From a virus (lineage: Duplodnaviria; Caudoviricetes), in the IMG/VR virus record IMGVR_UViG_3300033066_002255: a stretch of 64,000 nt of DNA. One strand, given 5' to 3'. The translations under genes were made by a program, and so were the position numbers. The notes under the pieces were generated by a model that saw nothing but the letters and a program-made list of their open reading frames with translations, ran no database searches and was not told the origin of the DNA. This document shows, piece by piece, positions 42,381 through 52,178 of the stretch (positions are counted from its first letter, which is position 1; every line of letters begins with the position of its first letter).

Positions 42381-42947
42381 ATGATATTAAGTGAATCATA
42401 TAAAAAGAGACTGCAAGAGCTTTCAGGTATTCAAGATGATACATATTCTTCATACAAAGGACTTGAGCCATATCAAAAAAGAAAAGAAGATTTCATAAAT
42501 TCAATAAAAAGCTTTTCAGATATTAATGATGATAAAATAAAAGAATTTATTTCTTACTTTGGGTATGAAGGATTTAATAGCGAAGAAGAAGCATATATCG
42601 ACTTGAAAGAAAAAATATCTTTTTACAAGGAAATGCCTAATCCAGTTATATTATATCGTGCAATTGGTGTAAAAAACAAAAAGATGATAAAAAATGACGA
42701 CTTAGGAGAGCATTATACACCTTATAAATGGAATATTGATACTGATATGTTAATGTCAATTGGATATGAAAATTGGGATGAAAATACGAAGCCTTATATA
42801 ATGGAGGTTTCAGTGCCGCATTCTGAAATAGATATTATTCAAACTATTATTCAAAATTTATCATTTCCAAATGAACACGAAATAAATTTAAAAAACAGCG
42901 GAAAAGGTGCTAAGTTTATAAAAGCATATAAATTAAAAGGATTTTAA
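42381..42947 (+). CDS. ADP-ribosyltransferase-like protein (R-S-E type) with leader MILSESYKKRLQELSGI
   Basis: ILYRAI...LGEHYT...YIMEVSVP...NEHEINL (R / aromatic-T / E-x-E layout). Confidence 0.5.
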   Translation: MILSESYKKRLQELSGIQDDTYSSYKGLEPYQKRKEDFINSIKSFSDINDDKIKEFISYFGYEGFNSEEEAYIDLKEKISFYKEMPNPVILYRAIGVKNKKMIKNDDLGEHYTPYKWNIDTDMLMSIGYENWDENTKPYIMEVSVPHSEIDIIQTIIQNLSFPNEHEINLKNSGKGAKFIKAYKLKGF

Positions 42948-42962
42948 ATAATAACATGGTAA
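42948..42962 (+). pseudogene. Displaced original 3' end (IITW*) of gene 40534..41007
   Basis: ATA ATA ACA TGG TAA versus ATA ATA ACC TGG TGA at 40993-41007. Confidence 0.7.
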
Positions 42963-42965
42963 AAT

Positions 42966-43427
42966 ATGAAAACAGAAAAAGATAGAATGAAAGAATTGGT
43001 TAAAATGTTCTCAAAAAAAGATGAAATATTTGCTGAGAAATCTACAAAAGATACAACCAATGAAAATCTAAAAAAAGAATATAATAGATTGCAGAATCTT
43101 GCTTCTGGTAAGGCAAATTCTACATTTAAGGAAAATTACATGAATACTGCTGATTTTGGTACTGGTGGAAATAAAGGTAAAACTGTTTCTTCTATAGCAG
43201 ATGAAATGTATAGCAATCCATCTTTATCATATCAACCTATTAGACAGCCTTTACAACCAGACGAGGGATTTGAATTAGCTATCAAAAGAGCTTTAAAATC
43301 AGGCGCTCCAGTTGATAATATGGGATTTTATGATGAAGTAAATTGGCATTTAATGAGTCTTGGTTTTCCAGCTAAAAATTCAATTGATATAAAATCAGCT
43401 ATTTTAAAACAGTTTGATAAAGACTAA
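42966..43427 (+). CDS. Hypothetical protein with leader-like helices
   Basis: EKDRMKELV and EYNRLQNLASG. Confidence 0.7.
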   Translation: MKTEKDRMKELVKMFSKKDEIFAEKSTKDTTNENLKKEYNRLQNLASGKANSTFKENYMNTADFGTGGNKGKTVSSIADEMYSNPSLSYQPIRQPLQPDEGFELAIKRALKSGAPVDNMGFYDEVNWHLMSLGFPAKNSIDIKSAILKQFDKD

Positions 43428-43951
43428 TGGAAAAAAAATTTTTGCAAGAAGTAGTTATAAAAAAACTAAATGATTTAGTTTTAGAAGTTGGTGAATTTAA
43501 TTATAATAAAAATTTCACTCCAACTGATATTGTAGCTAACAAAGCCAAACAAGCTCTATCTTCTATTGCTGGAGGGGATTCAATTGAGAAAAATACAGAA
43601 ACTGGTTCTGGTAAAGAAAAAGCAGTTGAACTTTCTCAAAAAAAGTCTCAAAATGTAGAACAAATGAAAAAAATGAAAACTTTTTTTAGTAATCACTCTG
43701 CAGATATAATAAAAATTAAACAACAGGGAGGCCCTAAGACTGAAGAAGAAAAAGGTATATATCAATCTTGGAATTTACACGGAGGAGAAGAAGGTAAAAA
43801 ATGGGTTAATGATGAATTAAAAAAATTTCATGATGAAAACCTAAGAACAAAGAAAAATCTTAGAACTGCAGGTGGAGCAGGAACAAACAAAGGTATGGGT
43901 ATATTCGATACATCTATTATGGATACCACAAAACAAAGAATTCACAGATAA
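43427..43951 (+). CDS. Conserved-looking phage hypothetical protein
   Basis: PTDIVANKAKQAL...KKMKTFFSNH...SWNLHGGEEGKKWV. Confidence 0.65.
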   Translation: MEKKFLQEVVIKKLNDLVLEVGEFNYNKNFTPTDIVANKAKQALSSIAGGDSIEKNTETGSGKEKAVELSQKKSQNVEQMKKMKTFFSNHSADIIKIKQQGGPKTEEEKGIYQSWNLHGGEEGKKWVNDELKKFHDENLRTKKNLRTAGGAGTNKGMGIFDTSIMDTTKQRIHR

Positions 43952-44002
43952 AATTTGGTTTTATTTATCTTAATTGTTATATTTTAAAAAAATAATATAA
44001 CA

Positions 44003-44596
44003 ATGAGTACAAAATTCGCAGCATCTGCATTTGCAGAATTAGAAAAATTAGAAACACCAAATTTAGATAGCCTTGAAAAAGGTTGGGAATACTTTGACGC
44101 CGATGATGAATTGGAAGAGTTTACTACTTATTTAGCTAAACACACAGGTCATCATGATGATTTAGAACCTAAAAGAATCAAGTATTTTTATACAACAAAA
44201 ATACAAAAAGATGGAGGTAGATTCGTAATTGGCTCTTTAGCAGCAAGACCAGCAGTAGAAAGAATGTTGAATGATAAGTATGATTATATGCTTTTCATTT
44301 ATTATCCTGTTTGGAAAAATTTAGACGCTAAAAATAAAGCAATTCAACTTGATAAACTTTTATGCGGTGTTGATATTCAACCAGGAAAAGATATGGCTGA
44401 AATTATTGCTAAAAAGAAGCCTACAGATTCAAGAGAATACTTAAATAACATGGCTCATTTTGGAAGTGAAGACGTTATTAAAAGCTCTGAAATTGTATCT
44501 ATGGGAGTAGAACAAATACTTAAGGATATTGCCGATAAGAAGAAGCAAGAAAAAGAGCAAAGAAAACAAAATAGTAAAAAGAATTCAGATGAATAA
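44003..44596 (+). CDS. Phage metallopeptidase-like fold, HExxH absent
   Basis: RIKYFY...YDYMLFIYYPVWKNL...QLDKLLCG where L.DHELxH is expected. Confidence 0.45.
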   Translation: MSTKFAASAFAELEKLETPNLDSLEKGWEYFDADDELEEFTTYLAKHTGHHDDLEPKRIKYFYTTKIQKDGGRFVIGSLAARPAVERMLNDKYDYMLFIYYPVWKNLDAKNKAIQLDKLLCGVDIQPGKDMAEIIAKKKPTDSREYLNNMAHFGSEDVIKSSEIVSMGVEQILKDIADKKKQEKEQRKQNSKKNSDE

Positions 44597-44888
44597 TTTT
44601 TCAAAAGAAGTTTTAAGAATAACAATAGATAAACTTAAAAATAAAGTAGAAAGTATTATGCTTAAAATTAGCATTTTACTTGATGATGAGAAAAATGTTG
44701 GTGCAGTCGATATATTAGAATCATACCTATTTGATTTAGATAAAAATAATGGAGCTTTAATTCAAGCTAAAAATTTACTATCACAATTAGAAGATGCTGA
44801 AGATATTGAGGGGCAACTTAAAAAAAAAGTAGAAATGCTTAAATCTTTATCGAGAACAAAAGATAATGATATAAAATTTACCGAATAA
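44589..44888 (+). CDS. Hypothetical protein
   Basis: ATG 44589 overlapping the upstream stop. Confidence 0.6.
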   Translation: MNNFSKEVLRITIDKLKNKVESIMLKISILLDDEKNVGAVDILESYLFDLDKNNGALIQAKNLLSQLEDAEDIEGQLKKKVEMLKSLSRTKDNDIKFTE

Positions 44889-45118
44889 TGATAATATTAC
44901 TTAAAATAATTTTGGGGCTTTTATCTGTTGCTAATATTTTAATCTTCAGATTTATTTATAAAGATTTTTATAAAATTAAAAAATCTGAAGGATATGATAG
45001 TTTATCTATTTGGGAAAAATTTAGATTTAGTTCTATTTTCTTTTTTATATTAACATCATCATTAAGCCTTCTTGTATTTTTAATTTATTTTATAGTTGTA
45101 CCTATTCAAATAATATAA
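44888..45118 (+). CDS. Small two-TM membrane protein
   Basis: Two hydrophobic runs; TAATG coupling at both ends. Confidence 0.65.
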   Translation: MIILLKIILGLLSVANILIFRFIYKDFYKIKKSEGYDSLSIWEKFRFSSIFFFILTSSLSLLVFLIYFIVVPIQII

Positions 45119-45414
45119 TGAAGAAATTTTGGAAATACTCAAAAATAAGATTCTATATTTTAAATACTATATGGAATTATAAATTTTGGCTTTTTTCTAA
45201 GAAAGTCTATAGAACGGTTACACATAATGTACCTGATATAGAAAATATACAGATGGATTATACACAAATTATGAAACCAACGATTAAAACAATAACTAGC
45301 AAAAGATTTTCTGGTTATTTTTATGAAGGTCAAATATATCATGATAATCCTGGAATACAAGGAATTGATTCGGAAACTTGGTTAGAATGGAGAAGAAAAA
45401 AACTTATTGATTAA
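45118..45414 (+). CDS. Hypothetical protein
   Basis: 98-aa ORF, coupled start. Confidence 0.6.
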   Translation: MKKFWKYSKIRFYILNTIWNYKFWLFSKKVYRTVTHNVPDIENIQMDYTQIMKPTIKTITSKRFSGYFYEGQIYHDNPGIQGIDSETWLEWRRKKLID

Positions 45415-45438
45415 AAAGCGGCATTAGCCGCTTTTTTT
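45413..45438 (+). terminator. Intrinsic terminator
   Basis: AAAAAGCGGC-ATTA-GCCGCTTTTTT. Confidence 0.85.
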
Positions 45439-45483
45439 GCTTAAATAGGTTTTTTCTGAATATTTATTAGAAAAACCTTAACT

Positions 45484-47139
45484 ATGTCCAAACAAGAAGA
45501 AATATACCCTGAAGGTTTTCCAAGACAAATGGAAAGCTTTAGTGAAGAGCAAGAGTTCAAACAGTCTACTTTGGAGATTATAAAAAATACTGCATTAGAG
45601 ACAACCGAAAAAGCGTTTGAGGAGCTTGGATATAACAAACAAGATAGTAGAGCTGGAGAGTATGGTAATGGAGAATCATATGGTGCAGGAACATCTCTTG
45701 ACCATTTTAATGTAAGAATTACATCTAATCCAAGTACAAATACTTACTTTGAAAAAATAATTTATTTTGGTGGTAAAAAAGCTATTAGCGAAGTAACCAT
45801 TGGATGGGATGCTAAAAACAAAACTATTCAAATGGCTTATAAAACTACAGAGTTTAGTGCTTTTAGAGGCTATGGTTCTGATGTAGGCCCTATGTTAATA
45901 AACAAGAGAATAAATTTTGTTATAAAAGATAAAAATAAGTTTAAAGAAAATTTAACTAAGCTTTTTAAGAATTACGCTGAAAAAGAAATTGGTTATATAA
46001 CAAGTACTAAAATTGGTATTGAAGATAAAACAGAAAAAAGTATAAACTCAATGGTAGAAACAAATATGAAAAAATTCACTTTAAAAGACCTTATGACTTC
46101 ATCAGGAGATGAATTATCAAACACTCTTGAAAATTATGTCAATGAAAACAAAGAAGGCAAAGAAAATAAGGCAAAAACTAATAACCCTGAGGTTATTGCT
46201 GCAAATTCTCCTGGTAAACTCTTATTTGATGACATTGAAGATATAAAAGATGATACAATTAAGACTGCTGCTAAAAATAAATTAAAAAAGTTTGGAGTAA
46301 TTGCATTAAATGAATTAAAACCATCTGAGAAAAAGACATTCTTTGAAGAACTTGAAAAAGAATTACAAATTGATGAAATTACTGCTTCAGGAGGAAATGC
46401 TGCTGGAGGAGCTTTTTTAACTCCTATGGCATTTAAACCAGGAGGAGATTTAAATTTAGGTCAAAGAAAATTAGAAGATACTAATTATGCCAAAGGAAAA
46501 AAAGAAAGACCATCAGTTAAAAAATCCATGGAAGAAGGAGATAGTTTCTGGAGAACTGTAGAGTTAAATCCAGGCTCTGGTTATGTCCCTAAAGGTATGG
46601 AAAAAAATTATGTTTCTGGAGAACATAATAAAAAAATAAATGAAAGCATAGAAAAGGTTAATGATAAGCTTAATAAACCAGAGCTTATAAAAGAATCATT
46701 ATTAAAAAGAAAATTCATTACAATGAACGAAAACGAAGAAAAAGGTGTAAATAAAAGATATATTGTTACTGAGCAAAGGAGTGAAGATGAACAAAATGAA
46801 AGATGGAAAAAATTAGCTATGTTCGAAACTTATACTACAATAAAAGACGCTGAAAATTTACACGAATGTGGATGCGAAGATATTGATAATTCTCATGAAG
46901 TTACAATGAATCAAGGAGAAGCTGAAAATGAAAAAGAATTTTTACAAAGAAATTCTGATGCAGAAGTTGGAGGAGAAGTTGACGGAAGAGTTGTTTTAAT
47001 GGTTCCTAAACCAAATTCTCTTTCTAATGCAATGTTTAAAGTTTTTGAAGATGACTATTTAAATGAAAATAAAACTTATATTTTAGATTTAAACTCTGGT
47101 AACTTAGTGTTAAATCCAAACTTTAAAGTAAAAAAATAA
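45484..47139 (+). CDS. Late charged protein (possible head/core protein)
   Basis: 551 aa, TATTTATT at 45461, many [ILM]xE sites (IDE, INE, IKE, LHE). Confidence 0.6.
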   Translation: MSKQEEIYPEGFPRQMESFSEEQEFKQSTLEIIKNTALETTEKAFEELGYNKQDSRAGEYGNGESYGAGTSLDHFNVRITSNPSTNTYFEKIIYFGGKKAISEVTIGWDAKNKTIQMAYKTTEFSAFRGYGSDVGPMLINKRINFVIKDKNKFKENLTKLFKNYAEKEIGYITSTKIGIEDKTEKSINSMVETNMKKFTLKDLMTSSGDELSNTLENYVNENKEGKENKAKTNNPEVIAANSPGKLLFDDIEDIKDDTIKTAAKNKLKKFGVIALNELKPSEKKTFFEELEKELQIDEITASGGNAAGGAFLTPMAFKPGGDLNLGQRKLEDTNYAKGKKERPSVKKSMEEGDSFWRTVELNPGSGYVPKGMEKNYVSGEHNKKINESIEKVNDKLNKPELIKESLLKRKFITMNENEEKGVNKRYIVTEQRSEDEQNERWKKLAMFETYTTIKDAENLHECGCEDIDNSHEVTMNQGEAENEKEFLQRNSDAEVGGEVDGRVVLMVPKPNSLSNAMFKVFEDDYLNENKTYILDLNSGNLVLNPNFKVKK

Positions 47140-47158
47140 CATAATATTAATTTATGAG

Positions 47159-47187
47159 AAAATCCACCCCAAAAAGGTGGATTTTTT
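47159..47187 (+). terminator. Intrinsic terminator
   Basis: AAAATCCACC-loop-GGTGGATTTT. Confidence 0.75.
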
Positions 47188-47237
47188 ATTTTATTATATG
47201 TATAAAAATACCTATATTTCTTTTTTAATCAATCAAT

Positions 47238-47813
47238 ATGTCCAATAAAACTTCAATCGAAAATATATCTAACATCATATTGGAACTTTTTGTTGTTCAA
47301 GAGGGTAAAGATATACGTTTAAAACTTAATCCAGGAGATAAAAGCTGGTGCGATTCTGAGAATCATACTAAATCAATGATTTTATATGAAAGAAAGAATT
47401 TAATTAAATTATCAAATACATTTGAAGAGAGTGCAATTATTATTGATATTATTATAAAACCTCAAGTTCAAGTTAAAAATATTGATTTAGAATTTAAAGT
47501 TTTACCAACAGGAGATTCTTCAGATTTTCAAAAAATAGAAGAATCTAATACTGTGAATGAACCTATTGAAGATAATCAAAATGAAATAATAACAACATTA
47601 GATGTTGATGATTCCGAAAAAGATGAAATAGATTCTGAAGATAAAAAAATAGAAAAAAAATACAAAGGCAAAAAAAGAGGTCGCAAGAAAAAAAGAGGAC
47701 CTAAACCAGGAGCTAAGAAAAAAAAGGCAAAGCAATTATCTACAATACAAGAACCTCATCAAGACTTAAATTCTAATACTACAATAATCAGAACTGGATT
47801 TACAGCAAATTAA
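47238..47813 (+). CDS. Hypothetical protein with basic AT-hook-like patch
   Basis: KKRGRKKKRGPKPGAKKKK. Confidence 0.6.
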   Translation: MSNKTSIENISNIILELFVVQEGKDIRLKLNPGDKSWCDSENHTKSMILYERKNLIKLSNTFEESAIIIDIIIKPQVQVKNIDLEFKVLPTGDSSDFQKIEESNTVNEPIEDNQNEIITTLDVDDSEKDEIDSEDKKIEKKYKGKKRGRKKKRGPKPGAKKKKAKQLSTIQEPHQDLNSNTTIIRTGFTAN

Positions 47814-47818
47814 TTATA

Positions 47819-48082
47819 ATGATTGTTAGAGAATTTAAAATAAATAAAATTAGCTTCAGAAAAAGAAAATTAACATTATTACAACATAAACTTAGAGTTG
47901 TAATGAAATGTTATACTATACATAATTTTTTAATAAATGATGAAAACAACTCCTTTAGTTTTCAAAAAACTTTTAAAAAAAGCGGAATACAAATAATTGA
48001 CTCTACTATAAATACTGGTAAGTTTAATGTAATAGATTTAGATGAATCAAATGAAATAATACTTCAAATAAATGTTGACTAA
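47819..48082 (+). CDS. Hypothetical protein
   Basis: 87-aa ORF in operon. Confidence 0.55.
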   Translation: MIVREFKINKISFRKRKLTLLQHKLRVVMKCYTIHNFLINDENNSFSFQKTFKKSGIQIIDSTINTGKFNVIDLDESNEIILQINVD

Positions 48083-48821
48083 GAGAGAAGAATATATAAA
48101 GAGTTTTTTCTTTAATGAAAAAAGTAATATTATTTCTGAAATAGAGGCTGAAAATATAGCTTTAAAAATTTCTAAAATTGGAGAAAACATTGGATTTATT
48201 GGAACAAATATAAGTTCCAACAAAGAAAAGGTCGAAAAACGCAAACATAAATATGATGTTTGGATTGCAAAAGAAACTAAGAAAGATATGTCAATACTTG
48301 AAAAAGATATTGATATAAGACTGATAATAGATTGGGCAATAAATACTAAAGCAAATCTTTTTGAATATAGTTTTTATGAAGCTATGCTAGAACAAGAAAA
48401 ATGGCATTTACAAATAATGATGTCTCATAATATAGAAAAAATAAATATACCTTCTATAGATGAAAAAAGAATTGTTTTTAGATTTAGCGATAAAAATCAT
48501 TTTTTATATTTACTCAATGAATCAGATTTAAATTACGAAGGCAATTGTATGGGCCATTGTGTATCTGGAACTAATTATAAATCAAGAGTAAAAAATAATT
48601 TATCTCTAATTTTATCTTTAAGAGATAAAAAAAACGAACCTCATTTAACTCTTGAAATAGATGTTAAAAATGCTTTTCTAATACAACAACAAGGTAAGGG
48701 AAATGCTCAAATAAAAGATAAATATTTACTACTCATGAAAGAGTTTATATTATTTGCAAGCAACTATAAACTTATTGAAAATCGTGAGACATTAAAGTTT
48801 TTAAATTTACATTTAATTTAA
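48072..48821 (+). CDS. PcfJ-like domain protein
   Basis: LNYEGNCMGHCV..Y...ILSLRDKKNEPHLTLEI...QQQGKGN. Confidence 0.75.
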   Translation: MLTKREEYIKSFFFNEKSNIISEIEAENIALKISKIGENIGFIGTNISSNKEKVEKRKHKYDVWIAKETKKDMSILEKDIDIRLIIDWAINTKANLFEYSFYEAMLEQEKWHLQIMMSHNIEKINIPSIDEKRIVFRFSDKNHFLYLLNESDLNYEGNCMGHCVSGTNYKSRVKNNLSLILSLRDKKNEPHLTLEIDVKNAFLIQQQGKGNAQIKDKYLLLMKEFILFASNYKLIENRETLKFLNLHLI

Positions 48822-49777
48822 TTAATTCTAATATACTTAGAAAGTAAATTTTGTAATGAACCGTCAACAGTATATTCTTGCAATTGTTTAGATTCAGGAA
48901 TTGGTAACATTTGATTTTGAGGTGTGTGTATATGAGTCAATAAAACTTTAATTATTAAATCTAAAAGCTTTACTAATTCATCCCCAAAAACTGCAGGATG
49001 TAATGTCCCAGCAAATTCACCAAATGATTTTAAATCTTCATTCTTTTCAAATGAAGCTAAATCACTATTTCTAAATTTTCCTATGGGAGAAAAAATATTA
49101 ATATTAGTTGATTGAAAATTAGCTTGAGAATAAGCTTTTAAAGGCCCTGTTTTATTATTATCAATTTGTTTAAGCTGTAAATAAGAAGGAGTTTCTGTAT
49201 TTATATCAAATGTACTTAGTTTAAATTTACCAGCCACCAAATAAGCCTCTCTTTGTCTTAGCATTAAATCCGCATCTCCTCTACCTTGAATTGCTACATC
49301 TGCTTGTTCTGGAAATGCGGTTACAACTTTTGGTTTATTTTGAGTTGTTTCATTAACATTAAAAACTGTATAGTCAAATATTTTTATAGCATCTTTATAC
49401 TCTTGGAATTTAAGTTTAAATTTAGAGTTTATGATTGGTCCAATCCAATATCTTGGAGCTGAATTATCTGAAGGATTTTCAAGAAATACAAACACCATTT
49501 CATTTACTAATGGCCTTACGTGAAAATGTTCAGGAAGCATAGGAGTACAAAATGGTAATTGTTCATCTGGCACATCTCTATCTCTTCCTCCTTTTATATT
49601 TCCATTCTCGTCAAGATTGATTATTCTAGCTACAATTCTATTTTGGTCTAAGGGGTCATTAATATTTATAACAATGGCAGGATAAATATTACGAGCAGCT
49701 TGATTCCCTTGAGAATAATTATTCCCCTGACCATTTGCATTTAATAAACTTTGCGTTAAATCATTCAAGCCTGCCAT
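48818..49777 (-). CDS. Baseplate hub/spike, gp5/VgrG-like OB-fold N-terminus
   Basis: AIVININDPLDQNRIVARI...P..NEMVFVF...YWIGP; C-terminal HIHTP. Confidence 0.75.
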   Translation of the reverse strand: MAGLNDLTQSLLNANGQGNNYSQGNQAARNIYPAIVININDPLDQNRIVARIINLDENGNIKGGRDRDVPDEQLPFCTPMLPEHFHVRPLVNEMVFVFLENPSDNSAPRYWIGPIINSKFKLKFQEYKDAIKIFDYTVFNVNETTQNKPKVVTAFPEQADVAIQGRGDADLMLRQREAYLVAGKFKLSTFDINTETPSYLQLKQIDNNKTGPLKAYSQANFQSTNINIFSPIGKFRNSDLASFEKNEDLKSFGEFAGTLHPAVFGDELVKLLDLIIKVLLTHIHTPQNQMLPIPESKQLQEYTVDGSLQNLLSKYIRIN

Positions 49778-49778
49778 T

Positions 49779-50003
49779 TTATTTATTTTTTATTTTTTCT
49801 AATATCTCTGCATGTTCTTGTTCTATTGCATGCAATTCTTTCATTATTTCATTTATAGTAGCCATTCCTGATATATGTTTATCAGAAACTTTATCCTCTT
49901 TATCAAGACCTTCTAAGATTGTAAAAATAACATCTTTTTTTTCTTGATGAGAGTTTGCTAAATCACTTGCTTCTTTTAAAAGCTCTTGCTTATTTTTACT
50001 CAT
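49779..50003 (-). CDS. Hypothetical protein
   Basis: 74-aa ORF in the minus-strand operon. Confidence 0.6.
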   Translation of the reverse strand: MSKNKQELLKEASDLANSHQEKKDVIFTILEGLDKEDKVSDKHISGMATINEIMKELHAIEQEHAEILEKIKNK

Positions 50004-50004
50004 A

Positions 50005-50421
50005 TTATCTTGCTACTCCTATACCTGTATGTGTGGCAACTGTAGCTCCAACACTTACAACTGGACCTCCTGAGTTACCTCCTGAAGTAGATACTGTGGC
50101 TCCAGCATCTGTAACAACATCTACTCTCATATCCGTTTGTATTGCTTCTACTATTTCTTCACACATTATTTTAATTAAATTTTCCATTACATTCGTTGCG
50201 CCTCCCACTAAAGGGCCTGTTGGTATTCCTGCTTCAGGAAATCTTGAAATTATTGAAGAGGATAAAATTTCAGCACTTAATCCTGGTCTTGCTTTAGCCA
50301 ATAAAATCTGTTTAATAGATAGTTTAGGTAATTGAACCCTATCTTCATTTAATAAGAAAAGTAAGAAATTAGCAATTTCTTCTGATATGTTTAAATTTTC
50401 ATCTATACTAACTGCTGCCAT
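50005..50421 (-). CDS. Small structural protein near the hub (possible spike-associated)
   Basis: G/V/T-rich beta C-terminus; operon with gp5-like gene. Confidence 0.55.
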   Translation of the reverse strand: MAAVSIDENLNISEEIANFLLFLLNEDRVQLPKLSIKQILLAKARPGLSAEILSSSIISRFPEAGIPTGPLVGGATNVMENLIKIMCEEIVEAIQTDMRVDVVTDAGATVSTSGGNSGGPVVSVGATVATHTGIGVAR

Positions 50422-50430
50422 AATTTTATT

Positions 50431-51741
50431 TTAAGATATTGAACCTATTACACTATTTAAAGTAGATAGTGCCGCTTGGTATTTTTGTACTTTATCAGCA
50501 GTATCTACAACTTTTTGGAATACTTGGTACTTTAATTTTATTTTTTCAAGTTTTCTCTTTTGTTTTTCAAGGGCTGTTCTTGCAAAATAATTTGCTACAA
50601 GCTGCTTGAATTTTTTAATAACAAATAATAAAAGTAATTTTAAAAGGTCTTTTAATAATGCGTTAAATAAACTCTTAGCAAATTCTTTTTTTGAATTACT
50701 TTCTGGGTCATTTGCAATAGAGCAATTATCAAATACAAATGTTCCTTGAGAAATGTTAGGCGAACCATTAGAAGATAAATCAGCATTTATTGCAGCAAAA
50801 AGATTTGGCAAATAAGGCTGAACTAATATGGAAATATAACTTAAAAGTTTTTCTATTAAAATCTGAAAAAACTTTTTACCCCCTTTATTTGCATTAGCCT
50901 CATTATTTATTCTTTGTACTTGATTTTGTACATATTGTACAGAAAAAGCCAAGGACTGAGCTGGAGTTGGTGGAACTGAACCTGCTTGAGAAAATTGTCC
51001 TCCTCCATTAAAAATAATACCTGGGTCTTCTGGTAATTTTATTTTAACTGTTTGACAAGATATTTCATAAATAACTTCTCCCTTTTCTAACTGTTCTCTT
51101 AATTTTGTTCTATTATATTCAATATCTTGATTTCTAACGATTGGGTCATTAGATAAAGAAAATGTTCCTTCTCCACATACGGCATTACCTATTAACTCAT
51201 CTGCATCAGTATTAGAAAGAGGAGTACTCATGCTTGCTTGTAATGCTTGATTTTTACCAAATATCATTAGCATTAATTTTTTAGATAAGTCTTGTTTTAC
51301 AGCTTGCAAAAAAGTATACGGTTCCCAACCCATTAATTCATAATACTTTGGTATTAATCCACGCAAATAAGATTTATTGGAATTTTTATATGCTTTTTTT
51401 TGTTCTTTAGTAGCAGTTGGATTATTAATATAAGGCCCATGTAGTTGTATGCCTTGTTCTCCAATTGAGTCTCCTATAGCATCTATAACTTTATCTTCAA
51501 GAAATGTACCAGCCTCATCAAATATTTTACTTAAAAAAGCATTAAAGATAACCTCTGGATTTAAACCCATTGTTTCTAATAATTTTAATAAATAATCATA
51601 GGTTGATATTTGATTTTCCTTTGGTATATTCCTCTTTTTAATGCTTGGTAACGCCAATAGGCTTTTCATTGAACCGATTTTTGCGGTCAACTCTCCCTGG
51701 GCATCAGTAAGCGGAGCATTAATAGGTAAATCAATAGCCAT
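50431..51741 (-). CDS. Hypothetical helical protein, probably virion-associated
   Basis: 436 aa in the late operon starting at TATTTATA 52155-52162. Confidence 0.65.
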   Translation of the reverse strand: MAIDLPINAPLTDAQGELTAKIGSMKSLLALPSIKKRNIPKENQISTYDYLLKLLETMGLNPEVIFNAFLSKIFDEAGTFLEDKVIDAIGDSIGEQGIQLHGPYINNPTATKEQKKAYKNSNKSYLRGLIPKYYELMGWEPYTFLQAVKQDLSKKLMLMIFGKNQALQASMSTPLSNTDADELIGNAVCGEGTFSLSNDPIVRNQDIEYNRTKLREQLEKGEVIYEISCQTVKIKLPEDPGIIFNGGGQFSQAGSVPPTPAQSLAFSVQYVQNQVQRINNEANANKGGKKFFQILIEKLLSYISILVQPYLPNLFAAINADLSSNGSPNISQGTFVFDNCSIANDPESNSKKEFAKSLFNALLKDLLKLLLLFVIKKFKQLVANYFARTALEKQKRKLEKIKLKYQVFQKVVDTADKVQKYQAALSTLNSVIGSIS

Positions 51742-51743
51742 AA

Positions 51744-52142
51744 TTAATTATCTGTACTTTCTTCTTCTTCGCTAGTTATATCATTATCATCAGATATATC
51801 TGCACTTCCTTCTTCTTCGCTTTGCTTTATAAGGTCAATTATAGCTCTCATTTGAGCATCCGATTGTCCCATTGAAGCTGGATTCGAATTATCGTTATCT
51901 TTAAAGATAATGCTTTTAATTTCCTTTGCTAAATTAGAAAGGTCATTAGTATTATCAGAAGCAAGTCTTAGAAAGGCAACAGCATTTTTACCTAATAACA
52001 TAAAATGGTCATTAGTTTGCATAGATTCATCTGCCTTTCTATATCTATCTAAAGCTAAATCTCTTTCTTCTTCTTTGTTTTTAAGAATTCTATTTAGAAG
52101 CATTATATAACTTGCTTCGTCAATTTTTATTTCTTTACTCAT
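51744..52142 (-). CDS. Hypothetical protein
   Basis: 132 aa, late motif upstream. Confidence 0.65.
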   Translation of the reverse strand: MSKEIKIDEASYIMLLNRILKNKEEERDLALDRYRKADESMQTNDHFMLLGKNAVAFLRLASDNTNDLSNLAKEIKSIIFKDNDNSNPASMGQSDAQMRAIIDLIKQSEEEGSADISDDNDITSEEEESTDN

Positions 52143-52178
52143 ATTTTATTTTATTATAAATATATTATCAAAAAAAAA

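Larger units (their letters stand above)
40963..42947 (+). mobile_element. Cassette 1: recoded gene end + endonuclease + ART-like cargo
   Basis: Recoded ...IITW* at 40963-41007 and displaced ATA ATA ACA TGG TAA (IITW*) at 42948-42962 flank two genes. Confidence 0.75.
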
